This document shows, one piece after another, positions 36,316 through 49,700 of a DNA stretch of 64,000 bases; the stretch's first letter is position 1; each line of letters begins with the position of its first letter. The DNA is from Carcharhinus amblyrhynchos (lineage: Eukaryota): the NCBI GenBank assembly GCA_965287045.1, contig CBDIYR020000001.1, positions 8,866,001 through 8,930,000 of the forward strand, in the 5' to 3' direction. The notes below the pieces were generated by a model. It was not told where the DNA came from, did not search any database, and worked only from the letters and a program-made list of their open reading frames with translations. The translations under genes were made by a program, and so were the position numbers.

Positions 36316-37008
36316 TGAAGTAGGGAAAGGGTTAATGGATTTTGTACCTAGAATATGTCACAAACATAACCCTTTATCATAACTGATCTTCTCAGGCTTA
36401 TGCTGCTCCTGAGAGTAATATAAGTTATATAAGTTATTTGTTCATGTCTTACATGCTTTAACTTTCAATTTTATAAAGGCAGTTTAATGTGGCTGTTATT
36501 TTGTAGACTTTGCAAATCTTACCTATTTGTATTAGTTGGACTTCGTTACACAGGTAGTAGTTTGTGATACTGGCTTTTGACAGCTGCTGATGGCAGATCG
36601 CGATCCCGGCTTTTAACAGGAAGAGTCCTTCTGGGACAGCCGTGATCGCACAAGTAACTTCAAAGACAGGGAAGCCCATACTGCTGCAGAAGGGTTTTGG
36701 ATCGTGACCGGATTGAAGACTGTGTCATGACTGCAGGACTGTAATTCCTGATTAAATCTGGGGCTGAATCAGGGCCAAGGAAAGAAGACCTGGAGGTCTG
36801 GCAGGAATTGGAACTTTGAATCATGATTACTGCTGGAGCTCATAATGTATAAATGCCCACTCGTGTTTGTGTTCTATGAGAAGTTTGGTAGTCCATTGTG
36901 AGGAACCAGTTTCTCCCAAAGCTCTGGAATAAACGCCAGAGCATTGAAATAAAAACCTCTGTACTTTGACTCACTAACAGTCTCAGAGGTTTTATTTTAC
37001 CTACAACA
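36316..37008 (+). mobile_element. Solo LTR inserted in a DeuSINE-like element
   Basis: TGAAGTAGGG...CTACAACA termini, AATAAA near the 3' end; flanks CTCTT/CTCAC; SINE sequence continues on both sides (36050-36315, 37009-37140). Confidence 0.75.
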
Positions 37009-37169
37009 CTCACTAAAATTGATCATCTGGTGTTTACCACCTTGTCCTTTGCAGGAACTTTCCATACTGTTGCTATGTTTTCCAAAATGACTATCACAAT
37101 TGCACTTCAAAAAATATTTCATTATCGGCTCTTTATCTGTGGGGATAGTCCAAGCAGGCCAAAAGTTAT

Positions 37170-37900
37170 TACAACACGTAGGCACAGAAGTAGGCCATTC
37201 AGTCCATCGACTCTGTTCTAACATTGAATGAGATCGTGACTGAACTGATGTTTTAATCCCCAACTCCCATTTTCTGGTCTCATCCCTATAACCCTCAATT
37301 TCCTTACTGATTAAAAATCTGGCAATCTCAACCTTGAACATACATAACTGTTCAGCCTCTACAGCCCTCTGTGGTAAAGCATTTCATAGATTCACTACCC
37401 ACTGAGAGAAGAAATTCCTCCTCATCTCCATCGTAAATGAGTGACCCCTTATTCTGAGCTTGCATGGTCTGGTCGTAGACAATATCAGGCCCCATACTTC
37501 GAAAAGGAGTAAAGCATCACAACACCAGACTTTAAACTTCGAAAAGGGGTAACATATTGCAATATCAACCTTAAGTTTCGGAAAGGAGCAACGGGAGATA
37601 CACAAACCTTAGGGATCATATAGCTTTACAGCAAGGAAATATGCCCTTGTCTATGCCACCCGGTTTTTGCCATTATGCTATTCCCAATTGCCCGCTTTTG
37701 GCCCATATCCCTCTACACCTATCTTGCTCATGTTACTGTATAATATTTTTTTAAAATACAAAATTGTACCCGCCTCTACTACTGCCTTTGGCAGCTCGTT
37801 CCAGACACTCACCACCCTCTGCGTGAAAAAATTGCCCCTTTGAACCCTTTTGTATCTCTCCCCTCTCACTTTAAACTTATGTCCTCTAGTTTCAGACCTC
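37170..37900 (-). mobile_element. Two CR1 3' fragments
   Basis: ORFs contain EMRRNFFSQWVVNL and TRGHKFKVRGERYK...NFFTQRVVSVWNELP. Confidence 0.85.
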
Positions 37901-40379
37901 TCCACCCCCCCACCCCCAACGTTTTCCCAGCATTTTCTCTTTAGGTTTTGGGTTCCAGCATCCGTGGTAATTTGCTTTTTTAGATCTTACTAATGACCGA
38001 CATATCATTAGCTGTAATATTTTCATTCCGCCAGAGCCACTCTTTCATGATTATTGTATTTCAAAACATCTGTTCAGAAGGATATCCCCAACGCTTGTGT
38101 GAATAAACCGAGCAATGGAAGACTCCTTTCCGGCTGTAGAATGTGGGTATGGCAGATCGAGTAATTGCTCCTGGTTAGGTGGTGACACCATATTACTAAA
38201 ATCAACATAATGTATTTGTGGTCTGTTAGCTGTTTTCCTGGGAAACTCCATGTATTCATACACCCTTTCCTGATATGCAGTTACACTGTAAGATGCATTA
38301 TCTGCTGAAGTAGCTACTGCAGTTGTTTGATGCATTGGACAACTTCTTTATTGGCATAGGGGATTCTGACGGTGCTGCTGCTGTCGCGTAGCAGTAGCTG
38401 AAGCTCTTTGAATATTATTAGGTAGCGTCGACATGGATATTCCTAATCATTGAATGTCTTCAGTGCTCGACTATCTCCTCCAGCCATTTCTGGAACTCTC
38501 TCTTGCCTGAAGGTTAAAGCCAGTTTGGCCCCAACAAACCCCCATTCCACGAAGAGATCTCTTTCTGCTCCAACCCACAACCTACAGAGTGATTAATGAT
38601 GTTATTGGATTCGAATTGGCCTAAATAAGGAGAGGTTAATTCTTAATTGGTTTGAAGGCTGCGAAAGAAATATATGATTGATCTATGTTGTGGATCAGAT
38701 TATTATGCAAATAGTTTCAGGAGTGGCCCAGAACAATGGCTCATTAGCTAACACATTGAGGGAGCTCAACCTCAGAAAACGTTTTGATTCCACTCTGGTT
38801 CAAGAACGATGCAATGTTTACATATTGGAAGTCAAGGTATTGACGTTTCAACATTGATTGATTTTAGATTTAAATTAAATGATTCCAGAAGTTCACAGGG
38901 CACGGTGCCTACTATTCCTACTATTCCAAGAACTGTCTGTTTTTTTCGTATCTCTCTTTGGCTCCATGCAATTTCTTCCCTAGTGTTTGTTGTCACCAGG
39001 ATTCGGCCCCACATTGTTAACTTTGTCTCCTAACTCAGGCCATGTAAGTATTACAGAGGACTCCAGACATGTTCACTGGTGGTGGTTAGTCGTGCACATA
39101 TTCGGCTGGCACTTTCTGTCTTTCGTCACATCAGTACGTTAACTGGAGGATGTTTTACCCAACCTTTCTAACATTGCACAATGTAGCATGATCATTTTCT
39201 AATTCATTTCTCGAGGTCATCTATTGTTATCATTTCCCATATGCCCCTAGCTGGCCCTATACAAGTGTCAATTACTTGTGGAATCACCCCCCTCATTGAA
39301 GATCATTTCTGTTACTTCTTGTTAAGGCAGAATAATGGTTGCTATGTTTCTTACCCATTTGGCCAGGGTGAGGAAATATGCTGTCATACCCTCATAATTG
39401 ATATCTTGAGTTCACCGTCTCAAAACTTAATTTAATTGGTATTAAATCAGACTCCTATCAGTGACTCTATATTTTGGAGAGTTTATTTGGAGGGTGCTAC
39501 GACCTCTTTGGTTATTCAGAATTAATTAGTTTACTATAAGACAAAGGTTATATTAGTTAAGTTGCTTTTAACCTTAAAGCTAATGAAGAAGTTCACAAAG
39601 TACGAAATAAAAATGGAATATAAGTGAGAATAGTTTTGTTATCTGCTTTGACCTCAGATAAGACACTGCGGGGTGTCCAGTTGATCTTCATTAATGCAGC
39701 TGCTTATCAAAGTGATTTTGCTTAGACAAGTACTTTGCTATAGTGAGCAATGAAAAAGTCCCGAAGGTCAGCCCCGAAGTCACTTGACTGCCGGCCTGAG
39801 TGGAGCCAGCTGAGTTTAAACGACCCGCTGCTTTTTCCCTCCACTCCCATTCTATGAGGCCTTCGGGGAGATGTATTGACGATTCCCCGTGGCCAACATA
39901 ACAGAGACATTGTCGAAACAGCACCGCCGCGTGCTTCCGCCTGGTTTCCAGTGATGAAAATGGGCCCTGAGTGCCATGCCCTCCTAAGGAATTAGAAGAT
40001 AACAAGTACGGTCGCTTAGATTAATTCTGCAGTGCATTGATATTTCAGTAAGCCGATTTTATTGGTCAATTAGTCGGCAACCTGTTTGAATAAAGCGCAC
40101 CGAAAATCCAGAGAAAATTCTACAGCACAATAGGAAGTCACCTGCATTGTGACGCATCACAATGAAACTCTCACTGCCACCCTCACCGTTTCTGCTCCTT
40201 CCCCATCGCTTAACATTAGCACGTATAGAGACAAGTCAGAACTCAACTTGCTCAACTTAAGGTTGTGTATTCCAGATGTTAAAAATCTTGCTGCGTAAAA
40301 ATGAAATCTCTTTATATCCCGAATTGACTATTTTGCCAAGTTTATTAAATCTGTAGCCATGCTGATAGCGGAATCAACG

Positions 40380-40703
40380 TTATAGAAATCATTGAAGCCC
40401 TACAGTCCCGAAGGAGGCCAATTCAGCCATCAAGTCTGCAATAACAATCCCATCCAGGCCAGATCCCTTAACCCCATACATTTTCCCGCTCTTCCCTCCA
40501 ACCTATACATCCCGGGACATTAAGAAGCAATTTAGCTTGGCCAATCAGTCTGACCCGCACACCTTTGAACAGTGGGGGGAAACTGGAGCACCCGGAGGAA
40601 ACTCACGCAAACTCCACACAGATAGTGACCCAATCCGGGAATCGAACCCAGGTCCCTGGAGTTGAGAAGCAGCAGTGCCAACCACTGTGCCACCGTGCTG
40701 CCC
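40380..40703 (-). mobile_element. HE1/V-SINE
   Basis: tRNA head, V core with deletion, CR1 tail. Confidence 0.82.
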
Positions 40704-42016
40704 CTACCTTCTTCCAACCTACGCTACTAAATTTTTGACACAGTTTTCACGGCAGTAAATTAAATAACGTGTGGAGGGAATGTGCATTACACAATCAGAT
40801 TTTGATTTCTAAACTTGCCTATTTGTCACTCGTTGACGTAAGTCAGAGACTAATTTCTTAATCGTGACCCTTGAGGGGCATAAGTAATAATGGACCCAGC
40901 AGAAAAGGATCTAAACGATGTTCGCCAGAAATGATAGCAACCCTTATGCATTCGGCATTGAAATGCGGGATGCGGCCACGTGGTTGGAAATTAAATCACA
41001 TTGAAGCTTAAATCGGTGAATAGTAAAAAGACTATAGAAAAAGCAAGGCGCCCAGCCAAAACCAAATTACTTGCGGCATAAATCAGCGACTGCATTGCCA
41101 TATGAATGATTAATACAATAGATCATCCGCCAGTCACTGTGAAGTATAGGGCGGTCACTCCTGAGTAACATGATTGGAATGAAGGAATAACACTTTTGAG
41201 GTAAGTGCATTGGTGTTCGCAGGACAGCAACACTCCTTCCTGAGAGAGCGAGCAAAGAGACAGAGGGTTTAAAAATAGATTCGAAGAAATACTCAAGCGT
41301 TTACACATAGCGAAAGAGGCGAAGAGCGAATCCAGTTATGTTGATGGCTTAGAGCAACTGGTGATCCTAATTAGGAAGAAATCCCACAACACCAGTTTAA
41401 AGTCCAAACAGGTTTATTTGTAGCAAAAGCCGCAAGCTTTCGGGACAGCCTGTCCCTTCTTCAGGTGGCTAAGAGCAGGAATGGGCCATTCGTCTCCTCG
41501 AACCTACAAAGAACAAAGAACAACACAGCCCAACGAGCCCGCGCCGCCATTTCAACATTGTGAGTCCCCTCTCAACCCATGACCCTTGCCTATGCTTATG
41601 GCATTCCATATTGGAAACCAGATTGAGGGGAGACTAATTTTCGGCCGCACGTTCCTGACTGCATCCCACCCTGCCCCATATCCCTTGACTCCCTTGCTGA
41701 TCAAAAAGCGAGTAGGTATGTGTGCATTCGATGAGAAGCCGAATCCGGACATACGGGAGAAAGGACTGGAAGAGTGACTGATGCGGCGACTTGAAGAGAG
41801 TTGGCAGAGCCTCCTGTGGTCACGTGGGTCCAAATGAAGAGCTCGTTCAAGCAGACGGGACCGGGTCGAATGGTCTTACTGTGTCATCTATGATTTCATG
41901 GTTCTCGTGGCCTGCTCTTTCACATGAGAAAGATAAATATATCGAGTTCAGACAGAAAGTTAAAGGGTTATGTCTTTTCCGGAATGAAGTATTAGATTAT
42001 TCACGAACTCTCCACC

Positions 42017-42345
42017 ATAGATAACCTACAGTGCAGGAGGAGGCCCTTCGGGACTTCGAATCTGCACCGACCACAATCCCACCCAGGCCCTGTCTCCATA
42101 TATTTTTACCCGCTAATCCCTCTAACCTACACATCTTAGGACACTAAGGGGCAATTTAGCATGGCCAATCAACCTAATCCGCGCATCTTTGGACTGTGGG
42201 AGGAAATCGGAGCACCCGGAGGAAACCCACGCAGACACGAGGAGAATGTGCAAACTCCACACAGACAGTGACCTGAGGCGGAGAATCGAACCCAGGTCCC
42301 TGGAGCTGTGAAGCAGCAGTGCTAACCACCGTGCTTCCGTGCCGC
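42017..42345 (-). mobile_element. HE1/V-SINE
   Basis: Full V core ggagcacccggaggaaacccacgcagacacg. Confidence 0.85.
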
Positions 42346-43305
42346 CGAATTCTGATAAACGATGCGTTAATAGCTTCAACGGTTGTGTAAACTGCCGTCA
42401 AGAGTGTTTCCGTGAGATGTCTGGTCTTTGCAATATGGTAAAAATTGCTGAGAAAATTGTGGCGACCTGGGTTAACAGTTTGCTGATTGTGCGGAATTGT
42501 TACACTTGCAGTAGTCAGGATAAGGCAACATTCGAAAGACTTCCTACCCACGAAATGTTTGGATAGATGAAATGAGGGCACACTGAAACTCATATCTACT
42601 GAAAGCAGTAGAATTTTCTCCACAGCTAATGGTTATCATCTGGGAGGTAGTTCTTGAATGGATGTTGGAAGCAGATTCAACAGATACTTTCAACAGGCAA
42701 GATTTATATGATGTGTAATGTTAGTGCGAGAAAGAAATGACTTGCGAAAGGTAACTGCATTGATCCCACTTTCAAACAGCAACCCCCCACCACGCTTTCC
42801 CCCGCTCCTGTGCCATATCTTTCGATGATTCTATCACAGTAAGTGCCTTTTTGTGGCTAGTGCATTAGCAGGAATACCTGTTGTGATGACCGCTTCCTCA
42901 GAAAGTGAGAACCTGTGAAATATTTATTGGCATAATTAGCAGCAATGTTTAACTCATTATCAGACACTCCGCCGATTTTCAGTCACATCATTAACCGCGC
43001 CTCATTATTTGTTGTGAAACTGTTAGGGGAAGGGAATCACTGCAGGAATGCTGAACTTCCAATAATTAGCAGTATCTGCAGGCAATCTGAAATGAAAAGG
43101 GGCAAAACTATGAATCAATTTCAATTAAATAACATAAATTTTTAATGGAAAGAATGTAAAAATGATGTTAAATGATAAACGGATAGCTAGTAAGACAGTG
43201 ATGGGAGAGATAGATCGATTGGTAATAGATGGATATATGGGGTCAATGGGCACTTACCTCGGTGGAAAGAAGACAGCCCAAGAAGCACTTAATAGCACAG
43301 AAAAA

Positions 43306-43392
43306 AAGACAGACAGACAGAAAGGTAGATAGCTAGATAGTCAGGCAGACAGATAAATAGATAGATAACTAGATAGATAGATAGATAGATAG
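43306..43392. repeat. (GACA)n/(TAGA)n microsatellite
   Basis: Tandem tetramers just beyond the proximal V RSS. Confidence 0.9.
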
Positions 43393-43445
43393 AAAAAGGC
43401 TGACATGAGAGTTCAATTGATTATAGTTACATTTTGACCCGTTAG

Positions 43446-43484
43446 GGTTTTTGTTGAGCTCTTTTATCGTTGTAAGTCACTGTG
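43446..43484 (-). promoter_or_regulatory. 23-RSS of proximal V
   Basis: CACAGTG-23-ACAAAAACC, perfect. Confidence 0.97.
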
Positions 43485-44399
43485 TTCACTCCAGGCGCAA
43501 TAATACACGGCCGACTGATTCGCCCAAAGGCTGGAGGACTCCAGGTTAAAGTGGGTGTTGTCGGGTCTACTCGCTTTGAAACCGTCCACCTCACCGGACG
43601 GACTGACTCTTTCAGCCGTGCTGGAGTAGAAAAGGTTTTGAGGTTCACGGTCAGGGTGCCATCGATACCAGTAGAAATAGCTGCTAATTGTTGCTTTATC
43701 GTAATGGCATTCGATAGTGACCTTAGTGCCCGCGGAACTGGATATAGTGGAGGGAGTCTGTTGGATCAGCACGGCCGCCGTACCTGTAAAACGGACTGTG
43801 GAAAGACAAGAGAGTTAACTTTAATATTCCCTGAATGATACAAGAGATGAGCATGAAAGTTAGATAGGGACGAAGGAAAGGGAATGTATGAGTTAGAGAG
43901 AGACAGAGTGGTGCGCAATGTAACAGAAAAAGACAGTTAACAATGAGAAACACAAGAAATATAAAATGACGAGGGGGAGCAAAACGGAAGGTAATGAGCG
44001 GGACGGAGACAGGGAGAGACATAAAAAAAAGAAAACCAAGACTAATCATTGGGATAATAGAGAGAGAGAGATAATGAGAGGGAGGGACACAAGCAGAGGC
44101 ATAGATACAAACAGACATAGGGAGTGTCAGTATAGAGAAAGAAAACAACGAGAGACCGACATAAACAGCGGAAAAAGGAGACAAGCACAGGGAGATTGAC
44201 ATACTGGCATCGTAACAGGTGTACAGAATTTGCATCTTCATAGGGTGTGAATGAACTCCAAGGCAATGGGAAGGAGAAGCTCAACTCCAAAGCAACTCAC
44301 ATTCGAAATAATAACAGCAAGGATCACTGAATCCTTACCATTCTATCCCACCTTACCAGATAACACCAGCAACAGAGCCCAGAGTTGAGACAGAGACAT
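43485..44399 (-). CDS. TRBV: TRBV (CAWS family), intact; leader 44357-44399, V exon 43485-43783
   Basis: Leader MSLSQLWALLLVLS|G; V exon TAAVLIQQTP...IEC...WYRWHPDREP...SAVYYCAWSE; canonical splice sites. Confidence 0.96.
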
Positions 44400-44492
44400 C
44401 TCCGGAAGTTGAAAGACCTGTGTGTTAACAAGGCTCACAACATTCTGAGCAGCGAATGGAATTTGCTGCCCCCATGTCCTTAACGTAAAGTA

Positions 44493-44560
44493 GTCGGATG
44501 GGAGGGGCAAATCTTTCTTTGTTTTCTCATTGGTTCGCAGAATGGGCCTTGCCATTTCCT
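44493..44560 (-). promoter_or_regulatory. Conserved V promoter module (ETS - CCAAT - GC box)
   Basis: GGAAATG...CCAATGA...GCCCCTCCCATCCGAC, repeated upstream of the leaders at 47641-47705, 49825-49891 and (degenerate) 52662-52731. Confidence 0.65.
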
Positions 44561-45109
44561 AAGTAAGAGTAGAAACTGCTAGAAATATTCAGCGGTTCCT
44601 GCACCATCTGAGCTGAAACGCTAACTTGAATTCTCTCCATGGATGTTGCCGGATCTGGTGAGCATTCCAGCCTTTTATTTCGGTTTTATCTCAGATTTCC
44701 AGCATCCTGAGTATTTTGCCTTTTCATTAATCGCTATTTCCGGGTCGGGACTAATCAGAGAACAGAAACACAGAACCATCAGCAAGAGTTCGAGATGGTG
44801 GTGGGGGGGGCGGGGGGGGGAGGGTGGAATCTGTTTAAATCAGTCAGTTGTACAACCGAGAATGAGCTGCCTGAAAGTGCGATCCAAGCAGATACAATGA
44901 TAATTAAAAAGAAAATGAATTGGGTAAAATATTTAGGGGAAATCTAAATGCAAGGATGTGAGCTTAGGATGGGGTAATTTGATAGGGGACATTCAACCAG
45001 TCTTCAACAATACTGGATAATTGCTTATAAATCCTATAGGGAATTCGGAAGCAATCTCTTTACCCAAACTGAGTGGGGGCGGGGGAGGGGTGGGGCAACA
45101 TAGAGCTAA

Positions 45110-45392
45110 AGTAATGTTTATTTATTAGTCATAGATAGGCTTACATTAACACTTCAGTGAAGTTACTGTGAAATTCCCCGAGTCGCCACAGTCTGACGCT
45201 TGTTCGGGTCAATGCATCTAACCAGCACGTCTTTCAGAATGTGGGAGGAAACCGGAACACCCGGAGGAAACCCACGCAGACACGGGGACAACGTGCAAAC
45301 TTCACACAGACAGTAAGCAAAGCCGGGTATCGAACCTGTGTCCCTGGCCAAGTGAGTCAGCAGTGCTAGCTACTGTGCCACCGTGTCACCCC
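45110..45392 (-). mobile_element. V-SINE (different tail subfamily)
   Basis: tRNA head and V core; the 3' part (ttactgtgaaattccccgagtcgcc...tttattag) differs from the HE1 tail. Confidence 0.8.
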
Positions 45393-46527
45393 ATGGCTTG
45401 TTCCATGGGCGGGGTTTCAGGCGAATAGCACTGATTGAGTCTTGGAACGCTGAATAAAAGTATGAGAAGAAAACGACCAGAAAGATATGCTGATCAGGTG
45501 ATTTGAGGAAATGTTGGAGGAGGATGATGTGGGGCTAACTGGGGGCCACTTTCAAACCACCAGACCAGGATCCATGCGTTGAATACACTTAGGTGTGGTT
45601 GGATTCCATGGTTCGAGGAAACATGTCAAAGTACTCCCTTGTTGGAAGCAGAGGCAGTTTCGCTTCTCTCATGCACCAAGAAACTGCTGGATAAGTGATT
45701 TAACGGTCTTCACCATGTTCTGAAACGGCTGTAGGGGCAGGTGCGCCACTGGGGAAGGTACCTGGAGCGATGTCTCGCATTTGCACTGTTTGAATCACGT
45801 GTGATATATTAATGGATATATTGATTTTTCCTTTCTGTGCAACTGTTTCCATCGGGAGATAAGAAAGTCGTGTACAAACCTCTAAAGTCCTTTGATAAGC
45901 AACTATGAAACATTAAGAACTGATATCGATGAGCCGGTAGCGGCACAGTAACCTCCTCTACTCGTTCACGGAATAGCTTGCTAAAAGTAACGACCAATTT
46001 AATGAGAAGAACGCCAGAACATTCGTGCATTATGCTAATAATGCAATGTCACTACCTGAAAAAGAAGAGAGCAAGAAGAGGTGGTGAAGGCCGGCTGGCA
46101 TTATCGCTCAACTATTGACCCAAAAGCTCAACTCATGTTCTGGGGACCCAGGTTTGAATCCCACCACGGCAATGGCGCAATTCAAAGTTAATCAAAAATA
46201 GCTGGAATTAAGATCCTACTGATGACTGTGAAATCATCTGCCCTCCTTAACTGATCTGGCCTACATGTGACTTCAGATCCACAGCAACGTGTTTGACTCT
46301 CAACTGCTCTCGGGCAACTAGAATAAATAAAGGTCGATTTGCTGTGCCCGTGTCCCACGAATGAACAAAATAAGATTAATTGAAATAAGTCATCATTCAC
46401 CATCTATTGTAAACTACAGGCGCACAGATAGATAGAGGCTGACAGACGCGAGGGTTCAATTGGCTATCTATATTTTGATCTGGTTGAGGGTTTTTGTTGA
46501 ATTCTTTAATCGCTGTAAGTCACTGTG

Positions 46528-47554
46528 TTCACTCCAGGCGCAATAATACACAGCCGACTGATTTGCCCAAAGGCTCGAGGACTCCAGGTAAAAATGGGTG
46601 TCGTTGGGTCTCCTCGCTCTGAAACCGTCCAGCTCACCGGGCGGATTGACTGTACTAGCCACGGAATAGAAAAGGTTCTGAGGTTCACGGTCAGGACGCC
46701 ATCGATACCAGTAGAAATAGTTGGCAGCTGTTGATTCCGCGTAAATGCATTTGATAGTGACCTTAGTGCCCGAGGAACTGGAGATAGAAGAGGGAGTCTG
46801 TTGGATCAGCACGGCCGCCGTATCTGTAAAACCGACTGTGAAAAGACAGGAGAGTTAACTCTGATATCCCCCGAATGACACAAGAAATTAGCGTGAAATA
46901 TAGANNNNNNNNNNNNNNNNNNNNNNNNNNNNNNNNNNNNNNNNNNNNNNNNNNNNNNNNNNNNNNNNNNNNNNNNNNNNNNNNNNNNNNNNNNNNNNNN
47001 NNNNNNNNNNNNNNNNNNNNNNNNNNNNNNNNNNNNNNNNNNNNNNNNNNNNNNNNNNNNNNNNNNNNNNNNNNNNNNNNNNNNNCACTGTCACCTTAAA
47101 CAAAAAAGATATTTAAATGTGAGAAACATCAGAAATATAGACCGAGGGGGAGAGCAAGAGACAGAGGGGGTTAATGAGCGGGGCACACACAGGGAGTGAA
47201 TGAACAATTCGGAAAAGCAAGAACCATCGCTGGGACAAATGAATGGAGAGGGTGAAATAATGAGAGCCAGGAAACAAGCAGAAGCACAGAGAGACAAACA
47301 GACAAAGGGAGAGTCAGCACAAAGGGAGAAAATATGAAAATCGAATGAGAACTCGAAATAAAAGTGATGGGAAAGGAAGAATGGCGGAAAAAAACAATGG
47401 CATCCTAACAGGTGCACAGAATCTGTAGTTTCCATGGGTGTGAGTACCTCCCAGGGAATTGGGACGGGATCTTCGAATCCAAATCAATTCATCGCTGATA
47501 TTCCACCTTACCAGGTAACAGCAGCAACAGAGCCCAGATCTGAAACGGAGACAT
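46528..47554 (-). CDS. TRBV: TRBV (CAWS family), intact; leader 47512-47554, V exon 46528-46823
   Basis: Leader MSPFQIWALLLLLP; V ...IKC...WYRWRPDREP...YYCAWSE; perfect 23-RSS at 46489-46527; intron spans an N gap. Confidence 0.94.
46905..47085. other. Assembly gap
   Basis: Run of N. Confidence 1.
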
Positions 47555-48782
47555 CTCCGGAGGCTGAAAGATCAGTGTGCTCGCAACACTCACAAAGTTC
47601 TGAACACTGAGTGGGATTTGCTGTCGCCATGTCCGGAATGGTCGGATGGGAGGGGCAAACCTTTTTTATTTTCTCATTGGCTCCCAGAATGGGCGTCATT
47701 TCCGAGTAAAAATAGAAAATGCGAGAAATGTCCAGCAGCTTTGAGCTCAGAAGGTAACTTCGATTCTCTGCACAGACTTTTTCCAAGATTTTCCAGTTTT
47801 CTCAGTTTTATTTCCGATTTTCAGCATCCGAGCATCTTGTTATCTCATTTATCTCCATTTCCGGGATGTGGCTTTTCCGGAACACTGGCATTACCCTGGT
47901 ACTCAGATTCAGGAGCATTCGTCAATGTACCAGATGGTTAGGATAATTTGCTTAAATCAGTCAGTTATACAACTGAGAATGAACTACCTGAAGATGTACC
48001 CCAATGGAGACCATACCTGAAGAATTGTCTCGCTTTTGCATTTTTTGAAACCTTGGCGGCAGATTTAGGGATTTAAAGGTTTCGCCTTTCTGTGGGACTG
48101 TTCCTCTCAGATTAGTGATGCTAGGGGAAGATCGGAAAGATGGACGAAATCCTGAAATGCTTTGATGAGTTAATGTGAAAATCAGGTCCTAACATCGTTA
48201 GATAACGGACTGGTCACCAGAGGACACCGATTTAAGGGAATTGACAAAAGATTCAGAGTTGCCGGTGCCTACAATCCTCCTGATTGCACTATCACCACCT
48301 GGTAAACACTCAGAATGGCGGTGCCGCAGATTCAAAACGGAGGAACGTGTTCTTTGGAAGAGCGGGTAAAAGTACAATGGAACCATTAACCTCGTTTATC
48401 CCTTCTTGGAATAAATACTTTAAAATAGCGATGATTTTAACGAGAAAAATCATCAGAACTTTCATGTATCATGTTGTAAAATATCAATAATAGAATGCCA
48501 TAATTTGAAATGAGAGAGAGCAAAAGGTTTATTGATATCAATGGAATAAATCATGATTTACCAACCCCTGTGAATTACAGGGGCGAAGATTGATGATATA
48601 CAGATAAAGACAGATAGATACATACATACATACATACATGCATTCGGACATGGATGCATACGTGTAGACATCAGACGGTGAGACACAGACGCTGACGGAC
48701 AACATGGTTTACTTGGCTGCAATTATATTTTTTCTCCTCTTCGGGTTTTTGTTGAGGGTTTACATCTATGTGAGTAACCGTG

Positions 48783-49700
48783 TACACTCCAGGCGCAATA
48801 ATACACAGCCGAGTGATTCGTCCATAGGCCCGAGGACTTCAGGTAAAAGTGGGTGTTGTTGGGCCTACTCGCGGTGAAACCATCCACCTCACCGGCGGGA
48901 AACACGTTGCTAGCGCCGTAGGAATAGAAGAGGTTCCGAGGCTCACGGTCAGGATGCCATTCGTACCAGTAGAAATAGTTGCCAGCTGCTGCTTCTGCGT
49001 AAAAGCATTCGATGGTGATTGCAGTGCCTTTGGAACTGGATATGGAAGAGGGAGTCTGTTGAATCAGCACGGCCGCCTTAACTGTAAAACCGACTGTGGA
49101 AAGACAAGGGAGTTAAATTTGATGGCACAAGAAATTAAAGTGAAAGCTAGATGGGGGTGAATCAATAAAGATAAGGTGTGCGTGAGAAAGAGAGAGAGAG
49201 ACGCACAGTTGCAGAGAAAGAGAGCAAAAATCGAGAAGCAGAAGTAACGCAGACAGAGAGGAAGAGTGAGAGAGAGACAGAAAGGCATAATGAGCGGGGC
49301 ACAGACAGGGAGAGATGGAACGACAAGAAGGGAAGCAAAAACAGTGGTTGTTATATGTAGAAGCAAAGTGAGATAATGACAGAGAGGGAAACAAGCAGAG
49401 GCACATGAGACAAACGGACAAAGGGAGGGTCGGCATAGTGAGAGAAAAGAACTAGGGACCGAGTGAGACAGAGAGAAAGGAACACAGGGACTGAGAGAGT
49501 GACGGAAAATAGCGGCATCCTAACAGTTCCAGATCATCTACAATGGGTGTGAATGAATTCCCGGAGATCGGGAGAAGAACCTCAACTCTAAAGCATCTCA
49601 ATTCGGACGCTATAACAGCGAGGATCGATGACACCTCGCCCTTCAACTCCTCCTTACCAGCCAACAGCAGCAACAGAGCCCAGAGCTGAGGCGGAGACAT
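48783..49700 (-). CDS. TRBV: TRBV (CAWS family), intact; leader 49658-49700, V exon 48783-49081
   Basis: Leader MSPPQLWALLLLLA; V ...IEC...WYEWHPDREP...YYCAWSV; 23-RSS CACGGTT-23-ACAAAAACC at 48744-48782. Confidence 0.95.

Noticed and set aside
37496-37592. Three ~17 bp repeats (acttcgaaaaggagtaa) with ~22 bp spacers, CRISPR-like in look
   Set aside because: Eukaryotic context, degenerate units, no cas genes; a decayed minisatellite between CR1 fragments.
15190-43445. Search for NAR-TCR, IgH-like V segments or a second D-J-C cluster
   Set aside because: None seen by manual reading; only one D and one C are supported in this window.
43723-44290. Long Leu/Ser/Phe-rich ORFs in V introns (also 49064-49436, 51882-52429, 58255-58665, 61407-61703, and similar ORFs at 3889-4319)
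   Set aside because: Artefacts of CT/GA low-complexity sequence.
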